Sequence record: LC768500.1
Source: Klebsiella phage phiKp_32
Direction: 5' to 3' (one strand)
Length of the DNA stretch: 64,000 bases
This document shows, one piece after another, positions 9,304 through 16,912 of the stretch. Made by a program: the position numbers and the translations under genes. Position 1 is the stretch's first letter, and every line of letters begins with the position of its first letter. The notes beneath the pieces are model-generated. The model made no database searches, was not told where the DNA came from, and worked only from the letters and a program-made list of their open reading frames with translations.

Positions 9304-9693
9304 ATGTTCTTAGGGAAGTCTATTAAAACGATCACCCGCACAGAACTCAACGTCATCGATAGCAAATTAAATCGTATCGGCATGGGGTATGTGGGGCTGA
9401 GTAAAATGACTCCCTTCGATCCTATCAGTTGGGTAGAGGAAGAGCATGAGTATACTCACCCGTTCAGTCTTCAACGTCGCTTTTACGACTACGGTTATTT
9501 CCGCCTAAAAGAAATCTTTACGTTAAACGAATACTTAAACATGGAAGCTTACCTTTTGGATAAGGCGATGAAGTACATTCGTTTAGGGGCCGATTCCAGA
9601 TTAAAAGATGAAATCAGGCTCAATAAAGATAAAGCTGAGCCGGAAGCCAGTGAGGTCGAAAAAGTCATGAAAAACCTATTAGGTAAAGGATAG
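9304..9693 (+). CDS. hypothetical protein
   Basis: ORF is preceded by a 7-bp hairpin (9277..9298) that overlaps its RBS. Confidence 0.4.
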   Translation: MFLGKSIKTITRTELNVIDSKLNRIGMGYVGLSKMTPFDPISWVEEEHEYTHPFSLQRRFYDYGYFRLKEIFTLNEYLNMEAYLLDKAMKYIRLGADSRLKDEIRLNKDKAEPEASEVEKVMKNLLGKG

Positions 9694-9698
9694 CGATT

Positions 9699-10280
9699 AT
9701 GTCTTATTCCAAACCTTCAAGTACTTCTATCACGCCAACCAATAAGGTGATCGAAGAAACCGAAGAAGCCGTTCAGCAACAAATCACCTTAGAAAAAGAA
9801 AATGTTCCTACCGTCGTCCTTGCCAGTGAGATGGTGGGTTCTAAAAGTAACGCAGTGACTGACGTTTTCGTAGAGGCCCTGACGCGCTATAAAAACGTAT
9901 TAGCCGGTAACCTTGTTCTTAACAAATCCCAGCTCAAAGAAGAGCAGGCTGCGTTTATGAACACAGTGAGTAACACGATGAATCTTGAGTTTAAAGATTA
10001 CGTGTTAACCACCGATGCGTTGGTTCTTTTAATGCGTGATAACAAAGAAGCCTTCAACGAAAAGCGTCTGTACGAACTGTTTTATTATGTTCAAGGCGAC
10101 TATTCTAAGAAGGCGGCTGAACGTTACATGCGTTACATGTCGGCTCTGTACACCCTGTCTCAAAACCTCCGTAATCGTTCTCGAATCGGTAAGATGGTGG
10201 ATATTGTTAGCCTATCTTCTGGCTATACAACTAAAGCCGCTACAAATATTCAGAATTACTTTAACCGTAATTACGGGTAA
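9699..10280 (+). CDS. hypothetical protein
   Basis: ORF with an AAAGGA RBS. Confidence 0.4.
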   Translation: MSYSKPSSTSITPTNKVIEETEEAVQQQITLEKENVPTVVLASEMVGSKSNAVTDVFVEALTRYKNVLAGNLVLNKSQLKEEQAAFMNTVSNTMNLEFKDYVLTTDALVLLMRDNKEAFNEKRLYELFYYVQGDYSKKAAERYMRYMSALYTLSQNLRNRSRIGKMVDIVSLSSGYTTKAATNIQNYFNRNYG

Positions 10281-10340
10281 CGCATTATCCTCCAGTCCAA
10301 TCGGGCTGGAGGATAATATGGATTAATTAAAGGACATCGT

Positions 10341-11117
10341 ATGAATACTGAACACATTGAACTCGTCTTCGACGGGTTGTATGACCGCGTTAGCGGAAAT
10401 GAAACGTACGCTTCGCGTTATTTGGACGGCGTGATCTGGGCCAATGAACCCAGTAATATGTTTGTTTCTGGTAACGAAGGGTTTCTCGACAACGTCTCTG
10501 ACGCTATTAAGAAGGCTTGGGAATATATCAAGAAATTCCTTGCTTCCATTAAGGAAAAACTTTCTTCCTTTTTTAAGAGTAAACGAATCGAAGAATCCGC
10601 TAAGAAAGTTGACGAAGCTTTGAAAAGCAACGACTTCGAAACATCTCCGGAAGTCAAAGAAAAAATCGACAAAACATCTAAGAAAATAAAACAGATTATC
10701 AGCGTTTTAAATTCTGTATCTGAAGATGTTGATACGATGAAAAGTTACGTCAAGACGGATGATTTACTTTCTAAACTTATTCATCCTTATGTTGACGTGC
10801 TGGTTTCAGAGAAAGATCGTTTAGCTAAATCTCTTGAGATTATCGACGAAAAACTTAAAGATAAAGTAACGAAAGAACTGTTGATGAAATGTCGCAGCGC
10901 ACTTGATGGAATGAAGGGGTTCTCTTCCAAATACGTCATCGCTACTAATGCTTTAGATTTCATCATTTCAAATGTCGAGAAAGCTCCTGAAGCGAATAAA
11001 GAACTCACGGCAGCAAGAATCAAGGCTATTAAATGGACTCTTAGAGGATTGGATATTCTAGGAGAACAGATTGTTGTTGCTGCCAAGTTGATAGAACAAA
11101 TTCCAAAAATAAAATAA
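10341..11117 (+). CDS. hypothetical coiled-coil protein
   Basis: ORF with an AAAGGA RBS. K/E-rich heptad-like sequence. Confidence 0.4.
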   Translation: MNTEHIELVFDGLYDRVSGNETYASRYLDGVIWANEPSNMFVSGNEGFLDNVSDAIKKAWEYIKKFLASIKEKLSSFFKSKRIEESAKKVDEALKSNDFETSPEVKEKIDKTSKKIKQIISVLNSVSEDVDTMKSYVKTDDLLSKLIHPYVDVLVSEKDRLAKSLEIIDEKLKDKVTKELLMKCRSALDGMKGFSSKYVIATNALDFIISNVEKAPEANKELTAARIKAIKWTLRGLDILGEQIVVAAKLIEQIPKIK

Positions 11118-11128
11118 CCCACGACATT

Positions 11129-11160
11129 ACTACTCCTACCGCTAAGGCGGTAGGAGTAGT
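11129..11160. terminator. bidirectional terminator hairpin between convergent genes
   Basis: 14-bp stem ACTACTCCTACCGC-TAAG-GCGGTAGGAGTAGT. T-rich tracts flank it on both strands. Confidence 0.6.
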
Positions 11161-11162
11161 AA

Positions 11163-12884
11163 TTATGCTGCAAGTTTTTCGTATACTTGTTCTATTTCAG
11201 TAATGGTTGGGAATCTATGAAGTGTAGTGCAGAGACTCAACGCATTTGCTTTAGGGCTGCTGGCGTAGTTGACTCCGACTTCCCTGAATTGGAATCTGTT
11301 CAATCCTTCAATTTTACACGCTTCCATACGTGTTGTTTTATTTGATACGTTCAGCGCCACTGTAGCTGTAGGATACGCCCCTCTAACGTCGATATCATCA
11401 GTCAAACCACGACCACGACTTCTGATACCCGGCATGCCGATAAAGAGCGCTTTACCCATGTCCTCATTCTTTTCAGTCTCCAACAACGCAATCCAATCTT
11501 TAAGATCTGGTTTAAGATCATCAAGTTCATCTTTGCTTGTCGTTCCGCGAGTACCCCAAACGTAACCGTTATCTTTAGCAACAAAAGACAGTTCATCGGA
11601 AATACATTTCGGCTGACTAGGGTAGTTAAAGAATTCAGACGATTTCAAAAGCATAGGTAGCGAGAGACTTAAGTCGTCCGTCTTTTCGTTAAGTTCTTCT
11701 ATCGTGATGTTATCTTTGATGTTGTATATGCAATATTCAAAGATATGATTCTTTTGCATGTAACGGTGCCAGTCGGGAGAACCTGCTGGTAAGTGACTAC
11801 CCGATTCGGTATAGAGTTTACCTTCTATCCCATTATCTTGAGCAGTGAATTCCAATCCGTAAGAATCCTTCTTACCCTGAGGAGCGCGTTTAATCGCATA
11901 GAAGGATGCGGCGTCCAACCATTGCCACGATGACATAGCCTGAACAGTAGGGAAGCTTTCTTGCCACTCCAAAGGCTGTTTATCGCCATTCTCCTTGACC
12001 TTATGAGTTCTCCCTTTATTAAACCAATAATTTTGGAATTCTTCAGGAACATTTGGGTCGCTATAAACCGCAGCCGGATCAATGTTGTAAGCGAGTAACG
12101 CTTCCTCGTTCTTCTCCATATCGAACTTGGCGTTCCAAGACGCTATCCAATCTGGATGCCAGTCATGCCAACGTGCGACGTTACTTTCCACTACTTGAGC
12201 TTGGTTGTCGAAGAGCTCCCAAATCACAGTCGCGTTACGTCGTTTTAAAACATCTCCTAATAATCGCTCAGCTTCAGATTCTAAAGTCTCGATAATCTTC
12301 TTATCAGACATTCCATTAAAAATCCAACGAACTGCTGAGAAGTAAATCTTTTCTTTAAACGTGGTCGACGCCATAATGATAGAGTCATCATTATTGTTGA
12401 TCATGTTTGTTTCTACGTCATATGCCGCCGTAGTGTAAGATTCAGTTTCTTGGTATTTCGCCTGTGTTCTAAAATAGTAGTTCTTTATGAGCACCGGAGT
12501 GGTTTGCTCACAACCGTAGACATATGGAGAGTTCTTCATAGTCAGCAGGTCGGCTTTTTTATCAGGTACCCCGTAGAGGATTCGGCTGATATTCATCGCC
12601 ATACGAGCACGTGTGCTTTTAAAACTATCGCATAATCGTTTGTCGATGTAGTCTTTCTTATCTTTAAACTTACGGAATTTTTCTTTCGTGATATAAAAGT
12701 CGACAACGAGATCAGGAATACCTATCAGCGAGTCAGATCGAGATCCGTCTTCATGGACATTGGTTATTTTAACCAGGTTATAGTCTTTTAATTTGTCGTA
12801 CCGCGATGTGCTGTAAGCAACTTTTTTACATACTTTTCCAATGATAGGAGAATCATTTTTTTCTCCTGATCCTAGTGTAATCAT
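11163..12884 (-). CDS. family B DNA polymerase, N-terminal fragment (3'-5' exonuclease domain plus motif A)
   Basis: Exo I is AAYDVETN, Exo II is WNAKFD, Exo III is YNIKD. Motif A is DVRGAYPTATVALNVS (compare DFNSLYPSIIRQVNIS of RB69-type polymerases). The ORF ends about 60 aa after motif A. Motifs B (KxxxNSxYG) and C (YGDTDS) are absent. Confidence 0.65.
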   Translation of the reverse strand: MITLGSGEKNDSPIIGKVCKKVAYSTSRYDKLKDYNLVKITNVHEDGSRSDSLIGIPDLVVDFYITKEKFRKFKDKKDYIDKRLCDSFKSTRARMAMNISRILYGVPDKKADLLTMKNSPYVYGCEQTTPVLIKNYYFRTQAKYQETESYTTAAYDVETNMINNNDDSIIMASTTFKEKIYFSAVRWIFNGMSDKKIIETLESEAERLLGDVLKRRNATVIWELFDNQAQVVESNVARWHDWHPDWIASWNAKFDMEKNEEALLAYNIDPAAVYSDPNVPEEFQNYWFNKGRTHKVKENGDKQPLEWQESFPTVQAMSSWQWLDAASFYAIKRAPQGKKDSYGLEFTAQDNGIEGKLYTESGSHLPAGSPDWHRYMQKNHIFEYCIYNIKDNITIEELNEKTDDLSLSLPMLLKSSEFFNYPSQPKCISDELSFVAKDNGYVWGTRGTTSKDELDDLKPDLKDWIALLETEKNEDMGKALFIGMPGIRSRGRGLTDDIDVRGAYPTATVALNVSNKTTRMEACKIEGLNRFQFREVGVNYASSPKANALSLCTTLHRFPTITEIEQVYEKLAA

Positions 12885-12962
12885 GGGCTCACCACATTTT
12901 ATGAATGTTGAAGTTCTCTAAACAATTACGCTTATAGTTATTTTTAACAGAGGCTCTATTAA

Positions 12963-14288
12963 ATGATTGACATCAGTTTTCTTCGTCCCGCTAAGGTGGG
13001 TGGGATGGAGTTTATGGATTTCCAATACACCAATTTCTTCGACGAACTCAGCAGGGCCTTTGATGACGTAATTGTCGAGGGTGAATTAAAGGAAATTCCT
13101 GATGAGGTTCTTGGGCTTGTGCGCAAGTATACCGGATTTAGCAATATCGAGATCCACTTGGTCGATGCGGGCAATCTCGCTATTGAAGTCGGATATTTAA
13201 ATCCAAATAACGTGTTCAATATTCAGGATATTGAAAAATATCTTCCTCGGTCTGAGTCTACTTTGTACCGTTGGTTTACCGGAAATAAACAAACGTTCTT
13301 TAAAGGTACAATAGATTATCAAACAGGATCTGTTGGCGGGACTTACGCCGAACTACCTTTCCGCTTATTTGTTAACTCTCGCCTTAACTCGTTTTTATCT
13401 AAATCCTTCCTGGACAAGCATAATGTCAGTTACGGTCAGGCATTAGCCGCGGTATTCATTCATGAGTTAGGTCACGCGTTTGGTGCGGTCATGATGATAC
13501 ACCAATCCGTTTACGACGCCATCACCGTGAGAACAGCGGTAGATTTCTTTACTCGGGCTAAAACCCCTAAAGATCGTGTTACCGTAATAAAGGATGCTTA
13601 CCGTTTACTCGACCCGGATACTAAATCCGATCAGAAAATCGAAAGCGAAATCGCGAACAGCGAAGACAGTAACGAATTTGTTGTTTTTCTGACCAAGGTG
13701 GCGTCGCAGCGTAATCTCAAACGCAGTTTAAGCTTGGGCGTTACTAAGATGAACTCCGAGGTTGTTGCCGACGCTTATTCGGTTAGAATGGGGTGTGGGC
13801 GATCTCTTGCTGTGGGGATAGGTTCAATGACTAGGTCCCTTCATATGAGTCAGGTCGTGTTTACTTTAATGCTATCTCTTATGAGTGCGTTAAACGGCGC
13901 GACGACCTCTCTTATTTTCGGCGGGATAGCGGGTGCCGTAGTCCTGGCAGTCTTCTCCTTGCTTTTCTACATGGGGAACAATACGCCAGGCGGCTATAAC
14001 TCAGAATACCGCAGAATGACCGACATTCTTACCCAGATGATCGGTAAGCTGAAAGACAATAAATTTATCTCGGCGCAAGATAAACAAAGGTACTTGGGTC
14101 AGATTATCAAAACCCAGAAACTCATCGATGATAACAAACCTTTTATTGAAGGTTCGGCTTTCCAATCGATGTGGATGTGGTTGAACAATGGATCTGATGC
14201 TAAGTTAATCAATATCGAGCATTACACTTCGCTTATTGCTAACAGCAAAACGAATGTATTGTCAGAACAATTTAATTCCCTTTCCTAG
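12963..14288 (+). CDS. putative membrane-anchored zinc metallopeptidase (HExxH zincin)
   Basis: FIHELGHAFG is an HExxH motif. Two C-terminal hydrophobic helices: VVFTLMLSLMSALNG and LIFGGIAGAVVLAVFSLLFYM. Confidence 0.5.
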   Translation: MIDISFLRPAKVGGMEFMDFQYTNFFDELSRAFDDVIVEGELKEIPDEVLGLVRKYTGFSNIEIHLVDAGNLAIEVGYLNPNNVFNIQDIEKYLPRSESTLYRWFTGNKQTFFKGTIDYQTGSVGGTYAELPFRLFVNSRLNSFLSKSFLDKHNVSYGQALAAVFIHELGHAFGAVMMIHQSVYDAITVRTAVDFFTRAKTPKDRVTVIKDAYRLLDPDTKSDQKIESEIANSEDSNEFVVFLTKVASQRNLKRSLSLGVTKMNSEVVADAYSVRMGCGRSLAVGIGSMTRSLHMSQVVFTLMLSLMSALNGATTSLIFGGIAGAVVLAVFSLLFYMGNNTPGGYNSEYRRMTDILTQMIGKLKDNKFISAQDKQRYLGQIIKTQKLIDDNKPFIEGSAFQSMWMWLNNGSDAKLINIEHYTSLIANSKTNVLSEQFNSLS

Positions 14289-14297
14289 AGGTATGAC

Positions 14298-14696
14298 ATG
14301 TCACATTTAGCCCACACCATCACCCTGAAGAGCAAACTCTTAGAGTTGGGGGTTACCGACCCTGCGGATCAAAAACGTATTGTTGAGAACGCTTATGTTC
14401 GTGCGCTGGTAAAATACCTGTTTACCTACAAATATGTTTTCTCCGGATACACCGAAGAAGTCGAATCCAATATTTACCGCCGTCTGGCCAAGTGGAATGA
14501 GATCTCGCCTATTAACGGCCCTTTCATTGTCGAGAAACTCAAAGCGATCGTTCGCAATCTGAAAAACGAAGCGCTGGCTGGCGGTCAGTTCACCCCAATT
14601 AAAAATGCGAACGAAACTTTCGATGAACTGAGTTCGGAAGAGTTTATCAAATTGATGGACTGGTTGTTCGGAGAGATGGTGACCGGTAATGACTGA
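14298..14696 (+). CDS. hypothetical protein
   Basis: ORF in an operon with the downstream overlapping genes. Confidence 0.4.
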   Translation: MSHLAHTITLKSKLLELGVTDPADQKRIVENAYVRALVKYLFTYKYVFSGYTEEVESNIYRRLAKWNEISPINGPFIVEKLKAIVRNLKNEALAGGQFTPIKNANETFDELSSEEFIKLMDWLFGEMVTGND

Positions 14697-16194
14697 TAAA
14701 AAAGATCCTGTTGTTACCACCTATCCTTTAATTGGAGAAGGTGGTAAAGTGGTCCCGGGAGACCAAGAAGAACAATTGATCGATCTCGACGCCGCCTACA
14801 AGAAGACAGGTGAAACGAAAACCAATGAGCTTGTAGAAGGCCTGGAGCGTTACATCAACCAAAAAATTCTCGGTAAACGGGAAATGGAATTAGCTGGAGT
14901 TAAAGGAGGGGAGAATTTCGATCCCCTCCCATCCAGACGTAATGCCGTGTTGGGAGGAGAATCTTTCCTCACCGCTGTAAAAGACGGTTTTTTGAAGATC
15001 ATTGATTTCATTATCAAGTTTATCAAAGGCGCCGTTAACTGGGTTATCGAACGCATTAAAGTCTTACTGGGCTTTAGTAAGACAAAGGCCGAGATTAAAG
15101 CCTGCGAAGACGCCAGATCTGATATGGAGAAAGAGGTCAAATCCACCCTGTCTGGATTCGGAATCAACCCTTCTTTCTACAGCCTGGATCAGCTGGTTGA
15201 ATCAGCGCCTCGTGGTATCGATCGGGTCGAAATGATTAAATACCTTTCAGCCAAATCTAAAAACGAAACCGAGATGGCGAAAGCACTCACTGGCGTTATT
15301 CCTGACCTGACAACACTGACCCGTAAGTTAAGAGATTCTTCCGATAGCTTGACTAAACGGTACAAGCGATTCAAAGTTGTTCTGGAAGACACCCGTAAGA
15401 AATTGGCCGCTAATAGAGTTGGAGATGCTGACGCTTACGAGCTGTCTAAAGCCATCAAAGACGTCATGGTCATTTCCGAAGACTATGGAGATGTGGTCGC
15501 TTCTTTGTCTGCGGTTGTATCTAAACTGTATGGGGTTAATCTCGATGACTCTAAAATCCTTAAAGAGGGATTTGGGGTTTTACGAGAAAATATTGCCCGA
15601 AATCGTGCGGTTGCAACCAGTAAGCTCAATCCGGAAAAACTGACTGGTCTTTACGCGGAAATCGGAACGTTAAATAACCGGATTATTTCTGAATCGGGTA
15701 ATACGTTCGATTTATCTCACGTCGACACTAAAGTTCTAAAAGAAGTGGTCTCTTTGGATGACGCCAGTTTCATCAATAATTTATCTGATGTGGTCGGTAA
15801 TCGTCAACTCATTGCAGACTATCAGGCTATGGCTGTTTCCGTCAGGGACTTTACTGCGATTCTGGAATCGTCTTCTGCTATTTGTGCTGATATCTCCCGT
15901 GAAATCGCTAATTTCACTAAGTGGAAAAACAACGTAGATATGTATCTCGCCGTAGCGGTTACGGAAGATCTTAAACTGATCGCTTCTACACTGATCGCTT
16001 CTGCGGGAGCCGGGGAATATGATCTCGACAAGTTAGGTAAGAGCAAACCTGTTGTTCTACCTGAACCCGGCCTGGTCAAGAAGACCGGTTTGATCACCCA
16101 GGAAATTCTCGACGCCGATCTCCATGGTGTTACTACCGCTGTTAACAATTTTGCGAAAACTGCGGGACTCAACGTGAGGGTTAAACCACGATGA
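14689..16194 (+). CDS. hypothetical protein (501 aa)
   Basis: ORF overlapped (ATGA) with its neighbours. Confidence 0.45.
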   Translation: MTDKKDPVVTTYPLIGEGGKVVPGDQEEQLIDLDAAYKKTGETKTNELVEGLERYINQKILGKREMELAGVKGGENFDPLPSRRNAVLGGESFLTAVKDGFLKIIDFIIKFIKGAVNWVIERIKVLLGFSKTKAEIKACEDARSDMEKEVKSTLSGFGINPSFYSLDQLVESAPRGIDRVEMIKYLSAKSKNETEMAKALTGVIPDLTTLTRKLRDSSDSLTKRYKRFKVVLEDTRKKLAANRVGDADAYELSKAIKDVMVISEDYGDVVASLSAVVSKLYGVNLDDSKILKEGFGVLRENIARNRAVATSKLNPEKLTGLYAEIGTLNNRIISESGNTFDLSHVDTKVLKEVVSLDDASFINNLSDVVGNRQLIADYQAMAVSVRDFTAILESSSAICADISREIANFTKWKNNVDMYLAVAVTEDLKLIASTLIASAGAGEYDLDKLGKSKPVVLPEPGLVKKTGLITQEILDADLHGVTTAVNNFAKTAGLNVRVKPR

Positions 16195-16871
16195 ACGAAA
16201 CCCTAGAAAAATTGCTGAGTAACGCGCTGACTCACGATAGTGATTGGGAAGGCGACGCTCAACAATTTAAAGAAGGCATAAAGGAGATTCATCAGCTCCT
16301 GGAACGTCGACTGGATGCCAAGCTTCTGATGGAAGCTCTCGCTTTCTTCGACGCGTGTGAAGAAACCATCATCGACGTAAGAGCCAGGATGGTGACTGGT
16401 CCTTCTAAAGTCAATAACGATTTATTCTATAATTTCTGTAAATTTAAATATACACAGAAAATCATGGGAATCTCGGTATTGGCGGATGGCGTTTTAGTCG
16501 CTAAGGATTTCGATACTGCTATTGGTGCGGTGGTTGATGATTTGTTTAAATCATTTAATCAATCTACTGATAACGATCGTTTCCATAAAGCGATTTGTCT
16601 TCGTCGTGATGTGAAACGACTTAAGATCGCGTTGGAAGATCCTTATACCTTTAACCTGGGTGTGGATTGGACAGCCATTGAACCGAAAGAAGATTACATC
16701 GAAGACTCTACCGATCTTGATTTCTTGAAAGCATCGAGAGAACGTCTTGCTGTTAACGAAACGTCTTACGAGTTCTGGGCGATCGAAAATCGTATCCGTC
16801 AAATTACGTCGGAGAACTACATCCGTCGTTCGTTCTTAGAGCGTCTTGGTCTTTACTACAAAAAAGATTAA
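16191..16871 (+). CDS. hypothetical protein
   Basis: ORF with an ATGA overlap. It ends at a terminator. Confidence 0.45.
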   Translation: MNETLEKLLSNALTHDSDWEGDAQQFKEGIKEIHQLLERRLDAKLLMEALAFFDACEETIIDVRARMVTGPSKVNNDLFYNFCKFKYTQKIMGISVLADGVLVAKDFDTAIGAVVDDLFKSFNQSTDNDRFHKAICLRRDVKRLKIALEDPYTFNLGVDWTAIEPKEDYIEDSTDLDFLKASRERLAVNETSYEFWAIENRIRQITSENYIRRSFLERLGLYYKKD

Positions 16872-16877
16872 TGTTAA

Positions 16878-16908
16878 ATACTCCTCCTACCCTAGGGTAG
16901 GAGGAGTA
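16878..16908. terminator. bidirectional terminator hairpin (33-nt sequence identical to the one at 57456)
   Basis: ATACTCCTCCTACCCTAGGGTAGGAGGAGTAT. T-rich flanks on both strands. Confidence 0.65.
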
Positions 16909-16912
16909 TAGT

